Shown here: positions 24,802 through 32,778 of the stretch, piece after piece
Position numbering within the stretch: position 1 is the stretch's first letter
How the letters are laid out: each line of letters opens with the position of its first letter
Source: a virus
Taxonomy: Duplodnaviria; Caudoviricetes
Direction: 5' to 3' (one strand)
Length of the DNA stretch: 33,368 nt
IMG/VR virus record: IMGVR_UViG_3300002483_000039
Span: 1-33,368 of that record
The notes under the pieces: model-generated
What the model saw: only the letters and a program-made list of their open reading frames with translations
Database searches by the model: none
What the model was told of the DNA's origin: nothing
Made by a program: the position numbers and the translations under genes

Positions 24802-25383
24802 TTAACTGAAACTATACCAACCTGTAATAATATATTTTTCTTTAGTATGACTAACAACTCCTTTGTGAGTATGTGTCCAAATGGTTGGCCAAATAAGAGT
24901 TAGTCCTTTTTCCGCTTTTGTTTTTATATTTTGATACATGAATTCTGTGCCACCGTCTGCTACATCATTAAGGTAAGTCATAAATACAAGATGTCTGTGC
25001 ATAGAACTTGGACCACTATTTTCACAATGCCATTTTTTAAATCCACCAGATTTAGGGTACATTTGAAAATTATATGCATGATTAATATTAAAATCACAAA
25101 CCATGTCTGCTCTTTCATATTTTGTTAAATAATTGTTTAAAACTTCTTGTAGATATTTTCTATAAACGCCAATCACTCCGTCAAGATTACCTGACGATAT
25201 CATTAACTCTAAACTTTCCTTCTCTTCTTTATCAAACACATTTCTATTTGATCCTTTACCAACAACTCCTTCCTTAAGATATTTTTGGTTATAATTAAAA
25301 TAATCTATCAATTCGTCACATAATTCGTCTGGCATGTACCAGCCTCCTATAAAACTATTATGATTAAATTTTTTTTGTTTCAT
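24802..25383 (-). CDS. 2OG-Fe(II) oxygenase (prolyl 4-hydroxylase-like)
   Basis: WHCE (HxE), MTYLNDV..GGTEF, IWP..WTHTHKG, KYIITGW. Confidence 0.9.
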   Translation of the reverse strand: MKQKKFNHNSFIGGWYMPDELCDELIDYFNYNQKYLKEGVVGKGSNRNVFDKEEKESLELMISSGNLDGVIGVYRKYLQEVLNNYLTKYERADMVCDFNINHAYNFQMYPKSGGFKKWHCENSGPSSMHRHLVFMTYLNDVADGGTEFMYQNIKTKAEKGLTLIWPTIWTHTHKGVVSHTKEKYIITGWYSFS

Positions 25384-25927
25384 TTGGATTTACATAAAAA
25401 TTAGCTGAGAAAATTGTTCTAACTATATCGTTATTATATTCTACCTCATGAGGTATCCATGAAGGAAAAATAATAATTTTGTTATTTTCTGGAGTAATTT
25501 TTATTTTTTGTTCATTTCCTAGATAAGGATACCCTGGCGGGTAAAAATTAGTGGTAGAGGATTTTTTTGAAACTTTTAAATAATGTATAAGTGAGTACAT
25601 TGTTTTTTGAGTTCCGTGTATGTGTAAAGGATGATGTTGCCCATTACTATATTTTTGAAACCAACTGCTTGAAAAAAGATCAAAAGTAAAATTTAATATT
25701 TCACCAGATATATTAATAAACTTAATTAAATTCTGTTTATATTCTGCAAAATCATCTTCTTCAATAATAGCATTGTTATGGTAAAAAGTAGTTTGCATTT
25801 TATCATTTTTGTTTTTTTTAAACTTTATTTTAGAAAGATTTTTTATGGTAAAAGGTGCGATCATTTCTACAAAAGAATATGTAAAAAAATGTTTTTTTAT
25901 TTGTATTTCTTTATTTTCTAAAGTCAC
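25364..25927 (-). CDS. 2OG-Fe(II) oxygenase-like protein, HxH type (TIGR02466-like)
   Basis: WFQKY..GQHH.LHIH, IFPSWIPHEV, RTIFSANF. Confidence 0.8.
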   Translation of the reverse strand: MTLENKEIQIKKHFFTYSFVEMIAPFTIKNLSKIKFKKNKNDKMQTTFYHNNAIIEEDDFAEYKQNLIKFINISGEILNFTFDLFSSSWFQKYSNGQHHPLHIHGTQKTMYSLIHYLKVSKKSSTTNFYPPGYPYLGNEQKIKITPENNKIIIFPSWIPHEVEYNNDIVRTIFSANFYVNPNETKKI

Positions 25928-26549
25928 TAGGTAACCCTAACATTTCTCTAGAGTCGTACATCAAGCTGCTTCCATAAGGACCATTCACATCACTATAGTG
26001 TAAAAAAACTTGACCACAATTAACTCCTTCAAAAGGCTCTCTCCAATGTTCTAATTTATCTCCTCGATAAACAAGCATGTCCCCAGGACCTAAATTTACT
26101 TGCACCCCTTCTTTACCTTGTTCTCCTGAGGGTTCTAAAAATATAGGCCAAGAATCTCCTCCTAGATTTATTGTAGTGGATATTTCACACTCTGGTCTAT
26201 CTTTATGACGAACTAGTTCATCCCCATGTTTATAAATTCTTGCATAAGAATAATTAGGTATTAGTTCAGATTGAGTAATTGCTGACATCAAAGGTAAAGT
26301 CCTTTCAAGCAATGTGTCCATTAAAATATCTCCATAGATTGAAAACGTGTTAGGTATTTGTCTGTCATCCCAATATCCGTGAGAAGTATCAAAAGGAGAA
26401 ATATATTTTGTTTTCATAAAGTGCTTGGTTACAGCTCTTTTATTAAGTAAATATTGATATGAGAATATGGCTAACTCTTTACTAATAGCCTCTCGTATCA
26501 CTGCGTAATTATGTGTTTTAAAAACTTCTTCTTTTTTTATTTTTTTCAT
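25911..26549 (-). CDS. 2OG-Fe(II) oxygenase-like protein
   Basis: YSYARIY..GDEL.RHKDR..CEIS.T, GDMLVYRG..LEHWR, QVFLHY. Confidence 0.82.
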   Translation of the reverse strand: MKKIKKEEVFKTHNYAVIREAISKELAIFSYQYLLNKRAVTKHFMKTKYISPFDTSHGYWDDRQIPNTFSIYGDILMDTLLERTLPLMSAITQSELIPNYSYARIYKHGDELVRHKDRPECEISTTINLGGDSWPIFLEPSGEQGKEGVQVNLGPGDMLVYRGDKLEHWREPFEGVNCGQVFLHYSDVNGPYGSSLMYDSREMLGLPSDFRK

Positions 26550-26556
26550 TTTTCTC

Positions 26557-27180
26557 CTATCTAAAAGGTTTCCCTACAAACCAAACAACAAGCGAATATC
26601 TGGTGCCAGAGGTAACAGGTGTCACTCTATGCCAAACATGAGAGGGAAAAAAAGTAACTGTGCCTTTTATTCTTGCATTTTCAATTGTTTCCACATTTTT
26701 CTTACCTGTGGTTGTGTTTCTATGGTCAATTTGAAAATCTCCACCCTCATATTCAGTTCCATCAATTAAAGGCACAGACATTGATATTTTTCTAATTTTT
26801 CCTCTTAACTCAGGGGCACAATCATCTCCATATGGTTTTGGGGTGGAATCACTGTGCCAGTCATAATGTTGAGTTTTTGCGTATTTTGTGAATTGATAAG
26901 ATTCAGCAAAGTCAATATCAAAGTTCCAACCTGAAGTTGAATTAGCATGAGCTATTAGAGGTTTAATGTGTTTAGTTATCCATGGTTCATTTATCCATAC
27001 AACATTTGAGTTTCGATGTTTTTTTAATTGCTTTAATTTTTTGTTATTTAAATCTTTTTGACTAAACGAGCCAGTCAATGCAACTTGATCTAACTGTTGA
27101 TTGCAAAAAGTGATAATGTCATCACACAATTGAGATGGAAATACCGACTTATATGAATAGTAATTATGCTCTAAATTCAT
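26557..27180 (-). CDS. 2OG-Fe(II) oxygenase (PKHD-type hydroxylase-like)
   Basis: YDWHSD (HxD), RKISMS, YEGGDF, FPS..WHRVTPVTSGTRYSLVVW (RxS). Confidence 0.9.
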   Translation of the reverse strand: MNLEHNYYSYKSVFPSQLCDDIITFCNQQLDQVALTGSFSQKDLNNKKLKQLKKHRNSNVVWINEPWITKHIKPLIAHANSTSGWNFDIDFAESYQFTKYAKTQHYDWHSDSTPKPYGDDCAPELRGKIRKISMSVPLIDGTEYEGGDFQIDHRNTTTGKKNVETIENARIKGTVTFFPSHVWHRVTPVTSGTRYSLVVWFVGKPFR

Positions 27181-27195
27181 CCTAACAAATTCTAA

Positions 27196-27753
27196 TTATA
27201 TATTATCAATTTTAAATTGAAAAACAATAGCCATAATTGGAATGTCGCTTTGATTAGCCATAATAGAGTGCCTTAGATCAGAATTAAATAAAACGCATGT
27301 TTTTGGATGCACCTTCCAAGGATATATTTTATTTTTTTCTTTTATATTATCAAACTCAAATAGTATGTGTGTTGTAGGAGAATAATTATTTAAAAAGTAA
27401 TAACAAGTATAGTCAGGGGAATCTTTTAGATTCAAGTAATCTAATTGCTGATGATTGTTTATAGTACCATCTTTAGGAATACACAAACAAGATTTGTTCG
27501 ACAAAATTAAATCTAATTTTGCATGATGTCTATAATAATCATTCAGTTGTTTTTCTAGTCTCAAAACATTTTCATCATCATAAAGAAAATAATGATTATA
27601 AAAATAGTTTGTAGGATTTTTTGATTTTCTATCTTTTTTGCTAAAACTTTCAAAAATAATATTTTTTAATTGATCATAATTTATTTTAGTCAATTCATAA
27701 GGAATACTTCCTGAAACAATAAAGTCTTCTTTTAAAACTATTTTATCAAACAT
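27196..27753 (-). CDS. divergent 2OG-Fe(II) oxygenase-like protein
   Basis: SPDYTCYY, LFNSDLRHSI..N pattern; HQQ in place of HxD/H and no terminal Arg. Confidence 0.55.
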   Translation of the reverse strand: MFDKIVLKEDFIVSGSIPYELTKINYDQLKNIIFESFSKKDRKSKNPTNYFYNHYFLYDDENVLRLEKQLNDYYRHHAKLDLILSNKSCLCIPKDGTINNHQQLDYLNLKDSPDYTCYYFLNNYSPTTHILFEFDNIKEKNKIYPWKVHPKTCVLFNSDLRHSIMANQSDIPIMAIVFQFKIDNI

Positions 27754-27762
27754 TAATGTTGA

Positions 27763-28281
27763 TTATGTAATTAAACTCCAAGTGCTATTAACAGTATTCC
27801 ATTCATATACATCAGTATCGCTATTATGTTTTGTTGCTCTCCAAGATTGATTTGGTTCATACCAATATTTTTGATAATACTTTGTTGTTGAATCGTCTGC
27901 AGTGTATGTCTGTACGGATGGGTAGTCTACTGGAGGTTCATATACGGCTGTAGTCGTATTTAATGTCCAGCTAGAATATGGAAAATTTGCAGAAATGAAG
28001 ATATCATTTGTTTCATCATACATCATCCCTATAGTAGCATAGGTTCCTCTTAATGCTTTAGATTGATCTGATGAAGGTTCTCCTGTTGAAGGATCAATGT
28101 GAACACCATGTGAGGTGTTGTATGACGTTTGTTTCCATTTAGTCCAACCATGTATATTTTCTAAATACTGTCTTCCTACTTCTTCTGACTCATTACCATT
28201 TTCATCAAGACAATTAGCATTATCTACGACCTCTATATTTAAAACAATATTGTTTTCATCTAATTTTGCAAAATGAGCCAT
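27763..28281 (-). CDS. conserved adhesin partner / putative tail fibre assembly protein
   Basis: MAHFAKLDENNIV, ESEEVG, WKQTSYNT, LRG.YA.IG..YD...D.FI motifs; TAATG-coupled to the Gly-rich gene. Confidence 0.75.
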   Translation of the reverse strand: MAHFAKLDENNIVLNIEVVDNANCLDENGNESEEVGRQYLENIHGWTKWKQTSYNTSHGVHIDPSTGEPSSDQSKALRGTYATIGMMYDETNDIFISANFPYSSWTLNTTTAVYEPPVDYPSVQTYTADDSTTKYYQKYWYEPNQSWRATKHNSDTDVYEWNTVNSTWSLIT

Positions 28282-29342
28282 TACTGAAACTTATACCTTA
28301 TTACTACAACGCCACTACCACCAGACGGTCTTGATGAAGCTCCCCCTGGATTTCTAGAATCTCCACCACCGCCACCGCCAGTGTTAGCTGTTCCAGATGA
28401 ACCAGATGGAGAATTTGGAGTGCCTCCACTTCCACCGCCGCCTGATCCTCCAGATCCACCAGATTTTCCAGGGAAACCAGATGAGCCAGCTCCACCACCT
28501 GCATAAGTAACTGAAGATCCAGTGATGTTTAAAGCTGTTCCTGCTCCTCCAGGACCTCCTGGTCCATTAGTAGTGTTATCGGGAGAAACACTGCTACCAA
28601 CAGCACCATGGCCACCTCCACCAGCACCAAAATAACTTCCACCAGATCCACCACGATTACCCTCAGGAGGAGAAAATCCTCCTACATTTCCTTGTCCTAT
28701 AGCAGGATCATTAAAAGGTTGAAACCCTCTTCCGCCACCACCAGATCCACCAGGGCGACCGGGACGAGTGTCATTGTTAGGACTCATTCCTGAGCCTCCT
28801 GTGCCTCCTCCAGAAGCAGAAATACTTAAAGCAGAGGAACTTCCGCCAGTGCCTCCATAAGGAAAGTTACTAGCATTTTGTCTTCCACCTCCGCCTACTG
28901 ATATTGGATAGCCTTGAGCAGAAACAGGAGTGCCTCCTGTTGCAGGATTTGGAAAAGAAAATCTCATCCCTCCTGCTCCCGCTCCACCTGTATGTTGATC
29001 ATTAGCATTATTTGGCGATTGACCACCTCCACCACCACCAGCGACCACTAAAAAGTCAACGGTAGTTGATCCTGCAGGATTACCTGCTGAATTGACAGTA
29101 AAGGTTCCTGATGAATTAAAGGTGTGAATTTTGAAGTCTCCACTAGTTGTTTCTGTTCCACCAGATGCAGTAACAAATTGTGCATTTGATTTTCCTTGAA
29201 GATCAGACATTGCAATCGCACCTGTGGGAACTTCTGCTAAAGCTCTTACAGGAGCAGCATTCATATTAATTTGTGTGCCGGGACTAATATCTAATTCGAC
29301 ATTTACGTCGTCTAGGCTAATTTGACCAGAGGGTGTAGTCAT
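28281..29342 (-). CDS. glycine/proline-rich receptor-binding adhesin (polyglycine sandwich, gp38-like)
   Basis: SGQISL.DVN.EL attachment-type N-terminus; KIHTFNSSGTF, LVVAGGGGGG, YAGGG, ANTGGGGGG, GGSGVVVIRY. Confidence 0.8.
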   Translation of the reverse strand: MTTPSGQISLDDVNVELDISPGTQINMNAAPVRALAEVPTGAIAMSDLQGKSNAQFVTASGGTETTSGDFKIHTFNSSGTFTVNSAGNPAGSTTVDFLVVAGGGGGGQSPNNANDQHTGGAGAGGMRFSFPNPATGGTPVSAQGYPISVGGGGRQNASNFPYGGTGGSSSALSISASGGGTGGSGMSPNNDTRPGRPGGSGGGGRGFQPFNDPAIGQGNVGGFSPPEGNRGGSGGSYFGAGGGGHGAVGSSVSPDNTTNGPGGPGGAGTALNITGSSVTYAGGGAGSSGFPGKSGGSGGSGGGGSGGTPNSPSGSSGTANTGGGGGGDSRNPGGASSRPSGGSGVVVIRYKFQ

Positions 29343-29345
29343 ACT

Positions 29346-30449
29346 TTATTCTCCCTTCTTGAGGTCATTAACTTGAGATTGTAAATCCTTTACGCATTCG
29401 ATTAATAAAGCACATAGACGATCATATTTTACGGCTTTAACTCCGTCAGGTCTTGTGCCTACGACCTCTGGTAAAACTTTTTCTACATCTTGAGCAATAA
29501 CACCGACATCTGTTTTACGAACAAAGTAACCATCTTCTCCGCCTTTAGAATCAATAAACTCTTGTTTCCAATCAAAAAGCACACCATTAAGATTTTGTAC
29601 TTTTTCCATAGGGGAAGATATGTTGTGAATATTTTCTTTTAATGCTACATCTGAAGAATAAAAAGCAGTGATATCATTTGTAGCTCTAATTTCACCACTT
29701 GTGCCTGACGCTGCTGTTGCAACACCAAGTGAGTCTACTTGCATGTCATTAAATTGAACATCATCAGATGTTCCTAAACCAATGCTTGTTCTAGCTGTAG
29801 CCCCTGTTTCTAAAACAAAGTTCGCACCATCACCAACAATAAAACCACCATTAGTGACAGCTAATCCTGCTACATCTTGAAGTTGTGCATCTAAACGTGC
29901 ATTAGGCACTGTTCCCGATCCTAAGTTTGATGCATTTAAACTTGTTAAGTTAGCACCAGAAGCTGCTGGTAATGTTGCAGGAAATCTAGCATCAGCTAAT
30001 GTTCCTGCATTTAAAGCGGCAGCATCTGTGCTTGAAGCAATTTCTACATTATAGTTAGATGCACCATCACAATATACAGATGTATGTGCACCTTGAGTGA
30101 TTAAAGTACCGTTAGCTGTATGTCCTGTTGCTGCGATAGTTAAAGTTTGAGAACCTGTTGTGTTATTGAAAAATGTATATTGACTCTCAGTAGCAGGAAT
30201 AAATACAACGATATCTCCTGTGAGAGCGCCTGTTAATTCTATTGTTTTGTTAGAAGATTCAGCGGCTGGATCTGCGTTTGCAGTAGATAGTGTGATGTTT
30301 GCAGAACCTGCAACTGATTTTGATAAATAACCAGCTCCAAAAGCATCTAAAACATCTAGATTGTTATTGGTATTTGTACCCCAGGTATTGGCGTTAGCGC
30401 CAGTAGCCATTTTTTCTAGTTTGAAATTACTTGAGTATGTACTTGCCAT
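29346..30449 (-). CDS. tail fibre with C-terminal peptidase S74 intramolecular chaperone
   Basis: MASTYS..KLE.MATG.N..TWG N-terminus; SSDVALKENI, GVIAQDVEKVLPEVV, KAVKY..L..LLIE coiled coil. Confidence 0.88.
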   Translation of the reverse strand: MASTYSSNFKLEKMATGANANTWGTNTNNNLDVLDAFGAGYLSKSVAGSANITLSTANADPAAESSNKTIELTGALTGDIVVFIPATESQYTFFNNTTGSQTLTIAATGHTANGTLITQGAHTSVYCDGASNYNVEIASSTDAAALNAGTLADARFPATLPAASGANLTSLNASNLGSGTVPNARLDAQLQDVAGLAVTNGGFIVGDGANFVLETGATARTSIGLGTSDDVQFNDMQVDSLGVATAASGTSGEIRATNDITAFYSSDVALKENIHNISSPMEKVQNLNGVLFDWKQEFIDSKGGEDGYFVRKTDVGVIAQDVEKVLPEVVGTRPDGVKAVKYDRLCALLIECVKDLQSQVNDLKKGE

Positions 30450-30465
30450 GTTTAAACCTCTCTAA

Positions 30466-30493
30466 AATATATCCTTTTTTGTTATCCAAGCAA
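30466..30493 (-). promoter_or_regulatory. sigma70-like promoter for the fibre/adhesin/oxygenase block
   Basis: TTGCTT-16-TATATT, followed by GAGG SD and ATG(30449). Confidence 0.5.
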
Positions 30494-30499
30494 CACTTT

Positions 30500-31285
30500 T
30501 TATGCTGCATTTACTCCTGTCCAAGTGTTACTTGCACCTGTCACCACATTCGCCCAAGGTGTAGCAAATGGATTACCTGTTACTACCGATAAGTCAAGTC
30601 CTGTTACATTTACCAAGGCGCTTCCTTCAACTGTTTCTGTTCCTGTTGCGAAAGATAAAGCGACAGTAGAAACGCTGACGATGACACCTGTACCAACCTC
30701 AATAGTAGGAGCTCCTGTAGCAAAACTCGTAGACACGCCAGTGGGCTCAACAAGAGCATCTGCCTCTATAGTGGCTGTTCCTAAAGTGGTAGTTGCAGTA
30801 ACTGATGTTGGATCTACCTGTGTAAAGATGTCGATAACAGGTGTTCCGATAGCAAAGTCTAACTGATCGGAAGGTGCAACGACACCGACGCTACCCTCAC
30901 CAGATACAGTTACTCCTGAAAGAGCAGCACCTACGGATAGACTGTCAAGAGTTTGTAAAGCTGTTGCTGTTTGTGATGTAGTGCCTAAAGCACTTGTTGT
31001 TTCTAAACCAGTAACGCTGACTATGACACCTGTTCCTACCTCTTGTGTAGTTGTGCCTAAAGATGTGGTCATTGTCACTCCCGTGACATCGACCTCAATT
31101 GTTATATTTTCATTCCAAGCAAATGAACCCCATGTGCTTCTTCCCCAGCCGAAATCAACTGAGGCTTCAATTGTAGGTGACCCTTGACTAAATGATGTGC
31201 TTAGACCTGTTAGTTCAACAGTTTGATTATTTTGTTGTCCCCAGAGACCCTGACCCCATGTACCTTCATTCCAAGCATTTGCCAT
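30500..31285 (-). CDS. Thr/Val/Gly-rich repetitive virion protein
   Basis: GAGGAG SD; ~20-aa beta repeats (V.VTG...T..LGT); EVGTGVIVSV occurs twice; W-x4-W-x4-W motifs. Confidence 0.75.
   Translation of the reverse strand: MANAWNEGTWGQGLWGQQNNQTVELTGLSTSFSQGSPTIEASVDFGWGRSTWGSFAWNENITIEVDVTGVTMTTSLGTTTQEVGTGVIVSVTGLETTSALGTTSQTATALQTLDSLSVGAALSGVTVSGEGSVGVVAPSDQLDFAIGTPVIDIFTQVDPTSVTATTTLGTATIEADALVEPTGVSTSFATGAPTIEVGTGVIVSVSTVALSFATGTETVEGSALVNVTGLDLSVVTGNPFATPWANVVTGASNTWTGVNAA
30671..31042. repeat. intragenic 30-bp duplication
   Basis: 30671-30700 vs 31013-31042 match at 27/30; both encode EVGTGVIVSV. Confidence 0.75.
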
Positions 31286-31302
31286 GGTAATGCTCCTCTA
31301 AA

Positions 31303-31746
31303 TTAAGATAATCTTAATATAGCACTTGAAGCATCATTGGTTGGGAATGCGATTGTGAATGTACCGTTTGTTGATGTTTTTACACTTCCAAAATCAAGAA
31401 CACAAATAGCTGCGTTTACGTTCGCTGATGATCTATTGTAAATTAAAGCTGCTTGAGCAGAAATAGTTGCTGATGTAAAACTTGCGTTTGCAAAATCAAC
31501 AAATGCTGTTGAAGCTGTTGCGCTAGTTGCTGTTAAGCCAATGGTTGGACTTGTTAAAGTTATACCACCTGCTGCGTATGTTCCTGATGCGCCTACTTCG
31601 TTTGTTGCGGAATAGGCTGTTGTGTTTCCATTTAAAGTTGCAGAGCTTGTGTACAGAGCGAGATTGATTGTATCATTATCAATATCATGATCGCCTGCTA
31701 ACAATTCTTTTTTAAATGAAGCACAGACTGCTTGATTTATTGCCAT
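31303..31746 (-). CDS. conserved tail structural protein
   Basis: AI.QAVC.SFK.ELL.G.H, LALYTSSATL, Y.AGG..L, ALIYN, VLDFG..KTST.GTFTI.FP. Confidence 0.78.
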   Translation of the reverse strand: MAINQAVCASFKKELLAGDHDIDNDTINLALYTSSATLNGNTTAYSATNEVGASGTYAAGGITLTSPTIGLTATSATASTAFVDFANASFTSATISAQAALIYNRSSANVNAAICVLDFGSVKTSTNGTFTIAFPTNDASSAILRLS

Positions 31747-31761
31747 TTTTTAGTTACTCCC

Positions 31762-32448
31762 TTATGGTGTTAGCGATTTCATCGGAATGCGTAACACACC
31801 ATTTTGATACTCATCCCTACGTTTACGACCCATTTGCTCTTGTGCATAATCTTGCAGAGCTACTTGGTACTTACCCTCATATAATTGCATATCTTGTGGA
31901 TTTTTCAAGTAGGAATAAGCCTCCGATAAAGTTCCATAAAGCAAAACTTCAGGTGCATTGTTAGATAAAAATGTCGTGGTCGAAGTTCCTGAAGAACCAT
32001 TACCTAGTCTTTCTGGAGTTTCATCATACCACATTTCAACGGTGTAAGCAGTGTTAGGAGTTGGAGCTACAATTAAAGTAGTTGCATCCCAATTTCCCCA
32101 ATACTTTGGCTTACCTGTAAAATTCGTATCTGTCGTAGATCTTTCTACAGAATATTCATCCATAAAAGTAGCGTCTCTTTGTTCTAACCAAGTTCTAGTT
32201 CCATCGGTTTCTACAATTTGTAATCCCCTAGCAAAACGAAAACCACCCTCAGGACCTGAAACATCTAAGAAAGCATTATTGGCTTCAAAGGTTGTAGTCG
32301 CATATCTTCTTTGATCATCAGAGTCTAGTTGTCTAGCTACTTTATTTTCTATGTTAGTTAAAAAAACATTAATCACAGAATTGGACAAAACATCACTTGT
32401 TACCTCTGTGTAATTTCTTACATTATCTAAAAGTTCAGAATAATTCAT
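31762..32448 (-). CDS. head-tail adaptor (tail tubular A-like)
   Basis: MNYSEL...VRNYTE, GKPKYW, VAPTPN..Y.VE, LLYG.L.EA..YLK, RRDEY..G. Confidence 0.7.
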   Translation of the reverse strand: MNYSELLDNVRNYTEVTSDVLSNSVINVFLTNIENKVARQLDSDDQRRYATTTFEANNAFLDVSGPEGGFRFARGLQIVETDGTRTWLEQRDATFMDEYSVERSTTDTNFTGKPKYWGNWDATTLIVAPTPNTAYTVEMWYDETPERLGNGSSGTSTTTFLSNNAPEVLLYGTLSEAYSYLKNPQDMQLYEGKYQVALQDYAQEQMGRKRRDEYQNGVLRIPMKSLTP

Positions 32449-32777
32449 GATATCACCACAGTCACTTTACCAACACTTGAGCCGATAATCAATGCTCTAC
32501 TTTGTTTGGCAGGTTGCATTCCATCAGATTCAAAGGCTGAGTCAGCAGGTGCATTAACAAAAACTGTTACAGGTTCTTCTCTAGCGGTTCGTGTCCAAGG
32601 GAGTGCCTGTGCGTCGGCACTATGATATCGAGGATCTAATTGAGGATGTTTTGGTTCAAAACACTCTGGACATGTCATTAAACCATTCCACTCTTCTTGT
32701 AATTGAGTAAATTTATATTGTTGACCGCATCGATCGCAAATGGCTAATGCGTATTTACCTGTAGCAAAGGTAGCCAT
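32445..32777 (-). CDS. conserved CxxC/CxxC (zinc-binding) protein of the neck module
   Basis: AICDRCG..Y, EWNG..TCPECFEPKHPQL. Confidence 0.78.
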   Translation of the reverse strand: MATFATGKYALAICDRCGQQYKFTQLQEEWNGLMTCPECFEPKHPQLDPRYHSADAQALPWTRTAREEPVTVFVNAPADSAFESDGMQPAKQSRALIIGSSVGKVTVVIS

Positions 32778-32778
32778 T

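Noticed and set aside
23992-27753. TET/JBP plus glycosyltransferase DNA hypermodification cluster
   Set aside because: Motifs match P4H/PKHD/TIGR02466-like families rather than TET/JBP, and the genes lie in the late tail operon, away from replication genes; disfavoured rather than formally excluded
30671-31042. Diversity-generating retroelement TR/VR pair
   Set aside because: Only 30 bp; both copies lie in one gene; differences are synonymous third positions; no reverse transcriptase in the window
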